From positions 1 to 64,000 of the forward strand of contig CAXHJY010000718.1 of NCBI GenBank assembly GCA_964016885.1: 64,000 nucleotides of DNA, in the 5' to 3' direction. The notes under the pieces were generated by a model. The model did not search any database. It was not told where the DNA came from and was given only the letters and a program-made list of their open reading frames with translations. Positions 29,746-44,815 of the stretch are shown piece by piece. The DNA comes from Eledone cirrhosa (Eukaryota). The position numbers were made by a program, and so were the translations under genes. The number at the start of each line of letters is the position of its first letter. Within the stretch, counting starts at the first letter, position 1.

Positions 29746-30764
29746 ATAATGGGAATAATATAATATTGGTGTATACTAAAGTTTATTGTCGCTATATTAC
29801 TTATTATTTACATTTATTGCATGGGGAAATATTTTTAGGAATATATTAAAACTGTAAAAGAATATTGTTTTAAATTAGAATTAATATATTATTAGATATT
29901 GAAGTTTCAAAGGAAAATGACATAATATAAGATTAAATCTAAAGAAAATGTTAATATCTAAATAAAATAAAGTAGAAAATTAAATTAAATTAAGTTAAAC
30001 TGTATTAACGGTATAAAAAAAGATGTTCGTTCGATAGTAATTGTAAATTTGATGTGGAAAGAAGTTTCTGGATTAAGTGAGAACAACCTGAAAGTTAAAT
30101 TGATAAGGAAAATGTGTGATTAAAATGAAAATACAATTAAAATGTAAAAGAAATAAAATTATTAACTTAAATTGAATTAAGTTAAACACTTAAAATATAT
30201 AAGAGAAAGTATGTGTAATATTGAAAAGGGATTTAAAGAAGTTAGCGGAGAGGATGTTTGTGGATTAAAGAAGGATAATATTAAAGATGTAAGATTAAAT
30301 TAAAATAAAATTTTATACTTAAATTTAAGTTAAATAAAAAATTTATATTAAATTAATTTAAATTAATAAGGTATATAAAATGAACTTTGTTTTACAGTAC
30401 TCGAAAGTGTAAATTCGAAGAGTGATCTAAAGATGAAGAGGAAACGAAACGATGGTTGCTGATTAAGAGGAAATAAGTTTAATGGAAAAAGGATAATCAG
30501 GACGATTAAAAGGTTAATGAGGTGGAGGGGAGAGGAGGATAAAAATGTGGCTTAAATAGAATTGGGAAAAGGCTTCTAAGACTTAAATGGAAAATCAAGA
30601 AAAGCGTAGGTATCAGGATTAATAAATAAACGGAGTTAGTGAAGTTAACCCTAATAAGCACGAGCAAAACCTTAATAGGGATTAATAAGGGATTAAGTCA
30701 TTCTTGCACGATGGAAAGTATAACTATCCTATTTGCTAAAGATGATATCCTCAATATACATAAT

Positions 30765-31031
30765 GATTTCTAGTATAGGCACATGGCCAGTAATTTGGGG
30801 GGGGGGAGTCGATTAAATGGACCCCAGTACGATACTGGTGCTTTATTTTATCGACCCCGTAAGGATTGAAAGCAAAGTTAACCTCGGCGGGATTTGAACT
30901 CAGAATGGAAAGGGGCGTAACTCTATGGTGCAAGGCATATCCTCCAGCCCTCTACAGATACTGAACTCAGACAGCAAAGGGCTGCAAAGCATGGTGTCCG
31001 ACTCTCTACCGATACTGCCAATTCACCGCCC
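30765..31031 (-). mobile_element. SINE copy with a duplicated head
   Basis: Reverse-complement SINE motifs; tgaactcaga appears twice. Confidence 0.8.
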
Positions 31032-32512
31032 TATCCTCAATATACACAATGAAGTGATTTCCTCGTGAAAGCATGTTACCGAAAATCATGCATCCTTATG
31101 CATTCTTATGCATCCTCATGCATTCTTATGCATCGTTATGCATCCTATTCTCTTTGACACTTTCCATAAAATGCTAGATATTACCTTTCACATTTACATA
31201 GTTCCTATTGCTATTATCATTTGTTATTACGTTCACTTATTAATTAAACCTCCATATCTACCATTTCCTAATTTTTGATGTGCCTAAACATCTTTAAATC
31301 ATGAAATCACTCTAGAAATTTACAACTTCTTTAACCAACAGTTATTAATTATTTTATTAATATGATTAAATTTAATGTAAATTGATCTAAAAAATTATTT
31401 TATTTCGCAATAATTTATTTCACAATAATTTCTAAATTCCATTTTAATTTAATCGTAATTTCTTATTTGAGCAAATTTTTTAAATGCTTTATTATTCTGA
31501 TGCAAACATTTATATATGATATAACATCGTTTAATTACGTTAAATTAAATTATATAATGTTTGTAATAAGAATGAAAAGAATTAAATAGCGAAAGTAAGA
31601 GGAAGGGGTGGGGTCTGCGAGGTATATATCAGCTGCCCCACAAAATGGCGACGGCATTGCCACAAAGAACAATCCGCGACAGCCACTGCAATATTTCTAG
31701 TGATAATGAGCTAGACCACAGATTAAGGTGATTGAAAAATACGGATTTAGATAATTCCAAGTGTTGTTAGCGATATAAATATAAATAGATGTAAAGTAGG
31801 TAAGGATATATGAAAACAAGTTGATGATGATGATTATGATGGTGATGATGATGATGAGGAGGAGGAGGAGGAGGAGGAGGAGGAGCAGGGGGGAGAAGAG
31901 GAGGAGCGGGAGGAGGAGTAGGCGGATGTCGATGATGATAATGATGAAACCTCAGCCGTTTCGACGATAAGAATTCAGTCTTTTGATCAACGGAATCTCC
32001 GACACTTCAATTAGCATATAAGTGCTTCACTTTACTACAGGCACGTGTACTTTTAACGTGATTCTAAGACAGAATTAGTATGACGTTGAATTACAGTTGG
32101 GTTTCCATTCTTCGTCTACCCAATTTAATTCCCAAGACATGTGTCAGCATTGCAATCGAACCCAAGAGCAGAACTTGTGACTGTGTAGTGAACTGCTTAA
32201 CCATCCAGCCATATCTGTGCCTAATAACATATAACAACAACAAAGACTTGATTATTTTCCCTGCTGTCTTATTATCTGCCTGAAAACAAAAGATAAAAAA
32301 TATAAGATAATATTACAAACGGGATTAACTCCCTTCGAAAGCATGGCGTAATATTCTAATATATTGTGAAACGCAGAATAAAATTACAAATCCACAGCAT
32401 TTTTCTTTTAATAATATTTTATAATTATTTTCTATGTTAATAATTTATGTTTTCCCTAAAAATAATTTTTCCATGTAATTATTTAGAGCTTATAGTACAA
32501 AACATAACGACA

Positions 32513-32543
<31 letters not shown>

Positions 32544-32722
32544 CAGTTTCTCACGTCCGCCATTAATTTTAATAGACTATATTTGTTCGTTTTGTTTTTA
32601 GTAATTTTTCGTTTGGTTTTTTTCTCATATCTGTCTTCGAGAACCATCTTCCTCTTCTCTAGCATCGTATATGTCTTTATTCTCTCCTTATTCTTCATTC
32701 TTCTCATTATCTTCCCCCTTTT

Positions 32723-32755
<33 letters not shown>

Positions 32756-32780
32756 TAATTAAGTCGGTAAACAACCAACA

Positions 32781-32852
<72 letters not shown>

Positions 32853-33046
32853 AATATGTATATATATGTATATACATATAAATATATGTATATATATAAA
32901 TATGTATGAATGTGTGTACATAAATATGTATATATATGTATATATATATATATATACATATTTATGTACACACATTCATACATATTTATATATATATACA
33001 TATATTTATATATATATATACATATTTATATATATATATACATATT

Positions 33047-33164
<118 letters not shown>

Positions 33165-33467
33165 TATATATACATCTATACACTTATATACATGTGTGTG
33201 TGAGAGAGAGTATGAGTGTATGTATATATACGTATATATATGTCTTTCTTATATTCATCAATTTCGCAAATCCTGACCAGAATCAATACTCCGGCGATCC
33301 TCTCCTCGATCAATGTATTATAATACGTTTTATATTATTATCTATTATAATTTACACCCCTTTATTTGTTGATTTTTTGTTCACATCAATCATTAATACA
33401 GTATTGAACGATTTCGATCTATATGGAGCCTATAATTCTTCAACATCTATTATTATTTACAACACAA

Positions 33468-33870
33468 GGCTGTGGATTGGCAGTATCGCTAGAGGGTCTG
33501 ACGCCATGCTTTGCAGCAAAGATTTACGGCCCTTTATGATCTGAGTTCAAATCCCGCCGAAGTTAACTTTGCCTTTCATCCTTACGGGGTCGATAAAATA
33601 AATACCAGTAATACACTTGGTAATTGTTGGCCTTGTGCCAAAACTAGAAACAATTATTTACAATAGAAGGGCGGTGGATTTACAGAATCGGTAGGGCGTC
33701 GACAACATGCTTTGTGGCATAGTGTTACGGCTCTTTATGTTCTGAGTTCAAATCCGTCCCAGGTTAGCTTTGCCTTTCATCATTACGGGGGTCGATAAAA
33801 TATAGTGCCGGTAACGTACTGCGGTCAGTTTAATCGATTTTCCCCTTCCCTTCAAATTGCTGGCCTTGCG
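33468..33870 (+). mobile_element. Two tandem SINE copies
   Basis: Two A-box/B-box/body sets starting near 33468 and 33668. Confidence 0.85.
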
Positions 33871-34497
33871 AACAAACTTACTTTAAGCTCAAATACATTT
33901 AAAACACCTACCTTGAACTAGCTTACTTTAAGCTCAAATACTTTTAAAACACCTACTTTGAACTAGCTTACTTTAAGCTCAAATACTTTTAAAACACCTA
34001 CCTTGAACCAGATTACATTAAGCTCAAATACCTTTAAAACGCCTACCTTGGACTACCTTACTTTAAGCTCAAATACTTTTAAAACACCTACTTTGAACAA
34101 ACTTACTTTAAGCTCAAATACTTTTAAAACACCTACTTTGAACTAGCTTACTTTAAGCTCAAATACTTTTAAAACACCTAATTTGAACTAGCTTACTTTA
34201 AGCTCAAATACTTTTAAAACACCTACTTTGAACTAGCTTACTTTAAGCTCAAATACTTTTAAAACACCTACCTTGAACCAGATTACATTAAGCTCAAATA
34301 CCTTTAAAACGCCTACCTTGGACTACCTTACTTTAAGCTCAAATACTTTTAAAACACCTACTTTGAACAAACTTACTTTAAGCTCAAATACTTTTAAAAC
34401 ACCTACCTTGAACTAGATTACTTTAAGCTCAAATAGTTTTAAAACACCTACTTTGAACCAGATTACTTTAAGCTAACATACTTTCAAAACACCTATA
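33871..34497. repeat. 45-bp minisatellite, about 14 units, with a 270-bp higher-order period
   Basis: Unit aactagcttactttaagctcaaatacttttaaaacacctac(c/t)ttg; the same variant unit recurs at 34006 and 34276. Confidence 0.95.
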
Positions 34498-35448
34498 CTT
34501 CTAGAACAGGATTAATTCTTGCCAAACAATTAGAATCCCCACTCACTACTATCGGGGCAGAGTTAGCTAACCGCATGTGTGGGCCCCACGAAGTGGAATG
34601 GCTTTCCCAGCGGGTCTCCCTCGCCATCCTCTATATCAATGTCTTCTACTGTCGGTTGGGACTGCGAGGCAGACTGACCTTTGAATAGTGAGTGATAAAT
34701 ACAGATCACAACATTCCACAAAAATAACTAAAAATAACAAAACTAAATTATTGCCTCAAGTTAGCAAATAAAACTTTCTCTATTTTATCTGACCCTCAGA
34801 CAAAGAGCATGACCACAAAATGTTAAATTTCGTTCACTTCTCACATCAACTGAATAGAAACTCCGAATACAAACATTTGTAATAACACTGACAACTACGC
34901 ACAACCAACCTCTTCCTATCCTACTACACAAATATCTAAAACAAATGAAAATTAAAATTAATGACAGAAATATTTTCCCTTTAGCTGAAACAGCAAACTA
35001 TAATAAATGACGACGAAATATACAAATATAGTTATTAGAAAGTTTGAATTCAATTACTATATAACGTTAGGTGATTAAGAAAAAACAACAACAGATTGGA
35101 ATGGACCTCAGTCGGTTTCGACGATGAGTGCTCCAGTTGTTCGAAAAATCGGAACAGCCTGCACATGGAATTATCATTCTTTATATTTATTATGCCTACA
35201 TATTTGCATATTATTATGCCTACATATTTGCATATTATTATTGTTTCTACTTTTGGCACAAAGCCAGAAATTATCCAATGCATTACTGGTACTTTATTTT
35301 ATCGACCATTGAATGGCAGGGGCCGTAACTCTATGCGTCAAAGCATGGCGTCCGACCCTCTACCGATAATGCTAATACATATAATATCAAACGATTATTT
35401 GTAATATCTCTTTACCGAGTGTCAGTTGTCAAATTATAGCATGGACTT

Positions 35449-35529
35449 CTGATGAGAGTTTGGTTTGTCTTAATGATGTCATTTATATGGTATTTCACAC
35501 TATTTCTCTCACTCCCTGAAACAGCTCTA
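35449..35529 (+). ncRNA. Degenerate hammerhead-like motif
   Basis: CTGATGA-gagt...actc-cct-GAAA-cagctc-TA; helix I not recoverable. Confidence 0.35.
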
Positions 35530-35618
35530 TAGAAATTGTCGGAATTTACTATCTTTATATAATTCCATTTACATGGTAACCAATTTCTTTTGTCAATATG
35601 TATTTATCTATCTATCTA

Positions 35619-35798
<180 letters not shown>

Positions 35799-35923
35799 AA
35801 GAATCGATCTTTTACCATCCTTATGTAAGTTCATTCATTTACTTTCAGATGTTCTTATGTCATTCCACCTATATATGTGTGTATATATATATATGTGTGT
35901 GTGTGTGTGTATATATATATATG

Positions 35924-35994
<71 letters not shown>

Positions 35995-36001
35995 TTATTA
36001 G

Positions 36002-36040
<39 letters not shown>

Positions 36041-36075
36041 ATGTATATTATATATCATATACGTGTATATACGAG

Positions 36076-36164
<89 letters not shown>

Positions 36165-36499
36165 TTGCGTAGGTGTGTATATAAAATAATATACGTTGTC
36201 TACGGTTGGTGTGATATTTCCATTTACGTGAATGCATGTATGAACATGAGAGGAGAAAAAGGGAAGAAAAAAAGGAAGGGAAAAAAACAACAACTAATCA
36301 ATGTTTATCGGAATTTGCTATTTACATTCAATAAATAATTAATGATATTTTATTGTTATCAATTTTCTAATAATCCAATAATACAAATATATATTCGGCA
36401 AATACTTATTTCTTTAGAAAAGCTGTTTGTTATGTTATATCATTCTGTGCGAATATCTTGTCTACTAAATAATAATAATAATGGTTTTAATGATTATAA

Positions 36500-36908
36500 T
36501 GGTTTTTGATTTGGACACAAGGCCAGCAATTTGGGGGAGGGGAAAGTCGATTAAATCGACCCCAGTACGTTACTGGTACTTTATTTTATCGACCTCGTAA
36601 GGATGAAAGACAAAGTTAACCTTTGAACACAAAACGTAAAGGACCGTAACTCTGTATCGCAAAGTATGTTGTCCGACACTCTTCCGACACTGCCAATCCA
36701 CAATGTAAAGGGTCGTAACTCTATGTCGCGAAGCAGAGTGTCCGACGCTCAACCAACACTGCCAATAATGGTTTCTTATATAGGCACAAGGCCAGCAATT
36801 TGGGGGGAAGGGAAAGTCGATTAAATCGACCCCAGTGCGTGACTGGTACTTTATTTTATCGACCCCGTAAGGATGGAAGGCAAAGTTAACCTCGGCGGGA
36901 TTTGAACT
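36500..36908 (-). mobile_element. SINE cluster (2-3 partial copies)
   Basis: Reverse-complement SINE body and tail repeated. Confidence 0.8.
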
Positions 36909-37669
36909 AATAATAATACTAATAACTAAACCTGAATCTTTTAAGTGTTTCAGAAACTCTGTTTGCTTGAAACGACTAGGACATTACTGATCCCATGGAT
37001 GACCACCATATCTATATTCAGTCCCCTAAGATCGTTATGTAGAAGGCCCTGCTTTCGAGACACCCTTAGGCCACGTGCAATTACACTGCCTATCTTGAGT
37101 GAGGCCATGTTCTATAATGATGATGAGGAAAATGAGAGAAAAGCCGCTTACCTCAATCATGTGTAAGAAGAGGGAGCGTAATAAAAATTTAGCCTTGAAT
37201 AAATTCTTCTAATTAAATGCTGATAAATCTCCAATTTTAATTCGGTAAATTATTACATTTTAACTAATGATATTTTGAAATGTGTTACATTTGCCACTTT
37301 TCACTTCGTTTGCCTTTTAGAATATACCTCAACATTTCCAGTTAACCTGTTTTAATACTATAGAAAAGAAACATTGATCCCTCTCAGCCACGAAATAATT
37401 AAAATAATTTATAATGTTTCAAATTAATTACTTTTAAATATCGTGTGTGTGGCTGTTATAATAATTTCCATGCCATACTAATGTGAGAGGTTGAGAAAGA
37501 ACCTGATAATTTCTTGTCCTTAATCGTTAAAACTCTAATTGGTATTCGTGGTCTTCAAACAAATATTTTAATTATATTTCATGAAATTGAAAAATGGTTT
37601 TCGAAAATGGTTTCCATCAAGAGCCTTAATTTTAATCTAACACGAACGTTTCTCTATTATTCCATGAGA

Positions 37670-37880
37670 CGGTGGATTGGCAGTAAAGGGCGGTGGATTG
37701 GCAGTATCAGTAGAGGGTTGGACGCCAGGCTTTGCCGCATAGAGTTACGGCCCTTTATGGTCTGAGTTCAAATCCCGCCGAGGTTAACTTTGCTTTTCAT
37801 TATTACGGGATCGAGAAAATAAAGTACCAGTAATACACTGGGATAATTGCTGGCCTTGTGCTAAAAGTAGAAACAATTAT
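37670..37880 (+). mobile_element. Full-length main-family SINE
   Basis: A-box, B-box, body and tail; ttattccatgagacg direct repeat on both sides suggests a target-site duplication. Confidence 0.85.
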
Positions 37881-38145
37881 TCCATGAGACGTAACATTTA
37901 AGCGTAGGGGCAGAGGAGTGGAGTCCTAGGCTGTGGGCTGGTCCGTCTCTCTCCAGGTTTCAGTGTAGCCAAATCCTTTCAGACAAACGTTAGAGAGAAA
38001 GAGATATAGAAGAATCCTCCCACTTCGGAAATGGTATCTCATCGACGTTGAAAGGATGAAAGACAAAATTCACTTCCGAGAGTCGGAACGAATACCGGTC
38101 ATTCATACATACATACATACATACATACATACATACATACATACA

Positions 38146-38174
<29 letters not shown>

Positions 38175-38176
<2 letters not shown>

Positions 38177-38725
38177 GATATGGGACAGGAAGAAGAAAGC
38201 ATGCACAGTAGTGGAAATTAGCTGCCCAGCAGATGCCAATATAATATCAAAGATTAGTGAAAAGGAGAATATTTATGCAGAACTGATGAGAAATCTGCAG
38301 ATACTGCACCCTGATTACACCTTCAGATTTATGCCTGTTATTATTGGGGCACTGGGGTATGTTAGTAACTGCCTCAATACAAATCTTGAGAAGCTAGGCT
38401 TCACAGGGACAGAAAGAACACAACTAGTTAGGAAATTACAAGTACAATCCATTAATGGAACAGTAAAAATATGTAAAATATTCCAAAACTGTTGCATCTA
38501 ATAACTACATATACACATGTACAGATGCAAAGCATATACACATTCACACACACAACTCAAAACATCCACATCCACACATACAATAAAATCCATATCTACA
38601 CATGCATGCATACATACCTACCTAGTTGATGTTGTGTAAATTCCAATGAGAGAGTCTTGTAACTATGTTAGAAACCGACTCTCTCTCTATTGGTAAAAAT
38701 TTGTGAAATTATAAAACCAGAAGAA
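38175..38725 (+). mobile_element. 3' end of an RLE-endonuclease non-LTR retrotransposon (R4/Dong-like) in a (CATA)n microsatellite
   Basis: [42 protein letters not shown] matches the restriction-like endonuclease C-terminus; (CATA)n on both sides. Confidence 0.8.
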
Positions 38726-39992
38726 CATACATTCATACATGCATACATATATGCATACATACATATATGTCTTGGGTAATGATCGAAGAAATACGTTCGT
38801 GAATTCAAACAGTGGAAATGAGGTTCCTCTGAAGTGTCTTTGGGGTAACATTACACGATAAAGTGCATGCCTTGATAATCTGATTGTTGCTTCAGGTAGA
38901 GACACTACTTTTCCAATTTGAGAGAAAGGTATTTGTCACTTCTTATCAGTTTTATTCTAGATCCATAGAACTCTTTTCCTATTTTTATTTATTTAATTTT
39001 TTTATGTTCGATAACTCCTGATCTTGAAATGTTCTGTCCGAAGGACTTGTCAGTAAATTTAATGAGATTTTCACTGTAAAATAATTAAACAATTCCACGA
39101 TGATATTTTAAGGGTATGACCATCAATATTCCCCCAAGAGAAGAAATATCTAAAGATATTCCTTATCACAGCCTGTACTTTACATTGAAAGAAATCTTAG
39201 AAACACTTTAAGAAATAAAGTGTGTTAAAATATTTTTAAATCAACTTCAGTTTGTACTATACATTCCAGTAGAATAAAATAGACTTCCGTCGGTTTCGAT
39301 GATGGATGCTCCAGTTGTTCGATCAATGGAACAGTCTTCTCATGAAATTAACGTAGGTGGCTGAGCATTCTACAAATACGTATACTCTTCAGGTAATTTT
39401 CAAGAGATTTCAGCGTTGTACAGTATGTGACAATGTTTGACCATTGAATTAGAGACAAGGTCTATTGGACAGGCTTCCAAACAGTTTCTGTCTACCAAGT
39501 TTCACTATTAAGGCACGGGCCCATCGCTTGGGGATCCAGCCGGATCAGTTGGAGTCGTTTGCTTCTGACAGTACCTGCTGGAAGAAGAAGAAGAAGAAGA
39601 AGAAGAAGAAGAAGAAGACGACGACACCAACACCAACACCAACACCAACACCAACACCAACACCAAAATAACAACGACAACGGAATAGGAGGCAAACCTT
39701 TAAGTGAAACATTTCGAAAGGTGTCTACATAAATGTTTTAAATAAATGTGAATAGAAATTTCTCATTTATTTCTGTTTAAGCTACAAAAATTGCTAATTA
39801 CCTTTCAATTATATGGTTTTTGATTTGTCTGGCCTGAAGTAACGTTAAAATTATCGATTAAATAATTTCCGGAGTTGTTTCCTTTTAAATTATCTCTCTT
39901 CCATATGTTTGAAATAGATCAACATAATGGGTGTAATTTCTTCAGTTTGGCACTTGGAGGTTCCTCTTCAAGACGCATTATATGTATATATT

Positions 39993-40031
<39 letters not shown>

Positions 40032-40121
40032 ATATTATATGTATATATATTTATATATATATATTTATATATATATATTTATATATATATATTTATATAT
40101 ATATATATATTTATATATATT

Positions 40122-40152
<31 letters not shown>

Positions 40153-40185
40153 ATTTATATATATATATATTTATATATATATATT

Positions 40186-40216
<31 letters not shown>

Positions 40217-40258
40217 ATTTATATATATATATATTTATATATATATATATATATATAT

Positions 40259-40285
40259 ACATCTTTCTCTATCAATTTCTAATAA

Positions 40286-40378
<93 letters not shown>

Positions 40379-40497
40379 TAATGAATAAACTGTGAACAAA
40401 AAACAGAGAGGCAGTACAAATGATATTATATATTAGTTTCACGCTTGAGAGCGGGGTGTTATATATATATATATTAGAAATTGATAGAGAAAGATGT
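40259..40497. mobile_element. Split palindrome (arms 40259-40284 and 40472-40497) with GAAA-ttga-TA, separated by (TA)n and an insert
   Basis: acatctttctctatcaatttctaata / tattagaaattgatagagaaagatgt. Confidence 0.6.
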
Positions 40498-40914
40498 AGA
40501 ATAAGTTATGGTTAAAGGGGTAGTTAGAAATATAGATAGAGAGATAGAGAAAAGGGAGATAGAGAGAGAGAGAGAGGGGGTGATAATTAATGGTTGCTTA
40601 GATGGATGTAATGAAGCCTCTTAATGGTTTCTCGAGCGACATGCTAGAAACAGCAACGAAATCTTGTGAGTTGGAGACTCGTGTAAAGGATTCTTTATAT
40701 AAACTGTTTCTGAATGATAATTGTTTCTACTTTTGGCACAAGGCCAGCAATTATCCCATAGCATTACTGGTACTTCTTAATGATAATAATGCTTTAACAG
40801 AAAACCGAATGCTGATGACATTGTCTGAAGGAATAAAGATTGGTGGTCACACTGGCTAATGTGGTTCTAGACAGACTACTATTATTAAATGACAGAATGG
40901 TTATTGCTGTCATA

Positions 40915-41190
40915 AAGGTGGAGGATGAAAGTGTTTGACTTACGATCATAATGTGGTCGGTTCGATTCCTGGACTGGGTTGTGTGTTGTATTCTTGAGCA
41001 AGATATATCATTTCTCGTTGCTCCAGTATACTCAGCTGGGAGTGAGTACCAGCAAAAACTAAGGGTTTAAGTCTGCCATGGACTGACGTCCTGTCTAGGG
41101 GCAATTCTTGTATTCTCAGTCGTTTCACGCCACGGAAACCGGGATAAGCTCCAGCCTGCTGAGCTCCGGGCTGGAGATAGACTTTAGACA
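40915..41190 (+). mobile_element. Second-family SINE (CORE-like body)
   Basis: ggttcgattcc B-box followed by tcttgagcaagatat; homolog on the minus strand at about 26040-26270. Confidence 0.65.
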
Positions 41191-41761
41191 TTTATTATGT
41201 CACTTCGGATAAGGTAGCTACACAATAACCGCTAGTGTTTTCAGATTAGAAGCTTAATTAATTTTTGAATGAATGAATCTTTTCAGTTCATTATATAACT
41301 ACTCCATTTAGAATTTGGAAGATTATGAAATCCATTAAGCAAATTGTTTTGATTGGTATCAGACTAAGTAGGTTGCTATATGTTACTAGACATTTCCTGG
41401 ATTTAACAATATTAAAATATAAATTTATATCACTAATCGTCTGCGTGTGACGTGGGCAGAAGGTATATTTAGATAAAGTAGGTTGTATGGCTGGGAAATG
41501 GCGTCCACTGCCAAACCTAGCAAACCTATTGGACAGGATAAAATATGTAAAACTATACAGAGATTCTATAAACTGATTTCAAATGTCAGTCATTCCACTC
41601 TCATCAGCTTATGGAATGCATTTGTAAGTTGTGATATTTCATTTTATATCATGTTTCGTCCATTAACTTCTGTGTATCGTGTGATTGAATATCTTCGTAG
41701 TAAATGTCACCATTGATAGTTTACAGTTCATTGACTGTAAGGTGCGTATATATATATATGT

Positions 41762-41869
41762 GCTCTGCCGTCGGGGTCATACTTTTTTCCTATTACCCAC
41801 TCGACTACCCTAAGTATTGAGTACTCTGGTGCGTTATGGTCCATCTGGTTCCTTACTACACCTCCTTCG

Positions 41870-41871
<2 letters not shown>
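41762..41871 (+). mobile_element. Family A element, single arm
   Basis: gccgtcggggtc...ccttcgtt-(TA)n tail. Confidence 0.85.
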
Positions 41872-41940
<69 letters not shown>

Positions 41941-41952
41941 CATATATATAGG

Positions 41953-42050
<98 letters not shown>

Positions 42051-42113
42051 TCACACACATATATATATACATATATATGTATATATATATATACATATAT
42101 ATATGTATGTAAG

Positions 42114-42159
<46 letters not shown>

Positions 42160-42215
42160 TATGTATGTAAGTATGTATATATATATATATATATATACAT
42201 ATATATGTATGTAAG

Positions 42216-42255
<40 letters not shown>

Positions 42256-42293
42256 TATGTATATATATATATACATATATATATGTATGTAAG

Positions 42294-42373
<80 letters not shown>

Positions 42374-42433
42374 TATGTATATGTATGTGAGTATGTATAT
42401 ATATATATACATATATATGTATATGTATGTGAG

Positions 42434-42473
<40 letters not shown>

Positions 42474-42504
42474 CGTATATATATATATATATACATATAT
42501 ATAC

Positions 42505-43074
42505 GTCAGGTCACCAGTTGGTGCTACTGGTAACATGTATCCCAGTACAACCTGTCTCATGGTCGGGTCGTTGGCGACGAAACTGGCAACCCCACCAAGG
42601 TTTCTTGGTGAGGAGGGTGACTTTGGACATCCTGCAGGACTAAAAACAAAACCTGTCAAAGGGCGAAGGAGCTCTTAAGAGTCAATGGCCATCCAAAATC
42701 ACTGGGAGAGATGACCCCTTAGCCTTTGTCAAGGCAGAATTCTAGGAGAAGGAAAACTCTGATATAACACCTGCAACCCTGATGGTATCCAACGATGTTG
42801 ACTTGTTCTTCTTTTTGGTAAATATCATCTTGGTTAAGAGAGTGGGGCTGGCTTTGTAAATTGCTTTATATTTGGAGATCTCTCTGCACATGTCGTCACA
42901 TGGTGCCATGGGCTCAGCACTATTTGTCAATAATTGTCACAAATGTAGTGTGTGTACCAAAGTTTTCAAGTCGCTGGCTGGACTGGAAAGTCACACTCGT
43001 TCAGCGCATCGGTAGGGGTTCTCCTACATGGATATAAAGTAGTGGCCGTACTCGAAAACGAGTTGGCAGCCACC
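42505..43074 (+). mobile_element. Bipartite non-autonomous RTE-derived element, copy 2 (longest 5' end)
   Basis: Highly similar to 15768-16326 with an internal deletion. Confidence 0.75.
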
Positions 43075-43117
43075 ATGTATGTATGTATGTATGTATGTAT
43101 GTATGTATGTATGTATG

Positions 43118-43201
<84 letters not shown>

Positions 43202-43203
43202 CA

Positions 43204-43249
<46 letters not shown>

Positions 43250-43342
43250 CGTACATACATACTTACATATATATATATATCTATATATTTACATACATAT
43301 ATATATATATATATACTTACATATATATATATATATATATAT

Positions 43343-43405
<63 letters not shown>

Positions 43406-43480
43406 CATATATATATATATATTATATATACATATATATATATATATATATTATATATACATATATATATATATATATAT

Positions 43481-43522
<42 letters not shown>

Positions 43523-43824
43523 GGTATGAATCGAAGTTGTAGATGCCATATAACAGATACTAATCGATATATATACATCCATATATATATATTGCGTAAC
43601 TTTAGCCATTACCCAAACTAAATAATCCCAATATTCTTAACGTGAAAACTAAGAACAGTTTTATAAGTAATGAAAAGATTACTGAAAAGAAATAGTCAGA
43701 ACATAAAATATGTCAGAAATAAAAATAGCAACGCAACGTCATTAAAACAAAATGTCTGCGATAAAATACATTTCCATACGTCGTATATATATATATACAT
43801 ATATACATATATATATATATATAC

Positions 43825-43897
<73 letters not shown>

Positions 43898-43954
43898 TAT
43901 ATGTATATATATATATATATATACATATATAAATATATATATATATATATAAAT

Positions 43955-44130
43955 AGGAACCAGTAAGACCCCCGCAGCTGAGCTCAAGCCGTTTCGACGG
44001 CTAATTCTGGAATCGGCTTGAGCTCAGCTGCCGGGGTCTTACTGGTTCCTATTACCCACTCTACTACCCCAAGTATTGAGTACTTTGGTGCGTTATGGTC
44101 CACCTGGTTCCTTACCACATTTCCTTCGTT
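43955..44130 (+). mobile_element. Family A fold-back element
   Basis: Inverted arms aggaaccagtaagaccc / gggtcttactggttcct plus the family tail. Confidence 0.85.
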
Positions 44131-44178
44131 ATATATATAAATATGTATATATATATATTATATATATTATATATATAA

Positions 44179-44379
<201 letters not shown>

Positions 44380-44417
44380 TATATAAATATATATATATAT
44401 GTATGTATATATATACA

Positions 44418-44474
<57 letters not shown>

Positions 44475-44476
44475 TA

Positions 44477-44520
<44 letters not shown>

Positions 44521-44522
44521 TA

Positions 44523-44553
<31 letters not shown>

Positions 44554-44606
44554 GCATATATATATATGCATATATATATATATATATGCATATATATATA
44601 TATATA

Positions 44607-44656
<50 letters not shown>

Positions 44657-44685
44657 TATATATATATGCATATATATATATATAC

Positions 44686-44738
<53 letters not shown>

Positions 44739-44769
44739 CATATACATATATATATATATATATACATAC

Positions 44770-44814
<45 letters not shown>

Positions 44815-44815
44815 A

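Noticed and set aside
33871-34497. CRISPR-like periodicity in this and other arrays
   Set aside because: The units are contiguous with no unique spacers, there are no cas genes, and the context is eukaryotic.
36945-37166. 73-aa ORF
   Set aside because: It has no domain signal. QKLCLLETTRTL may be a tiny R4-type C-terminal relic but is too short to call.
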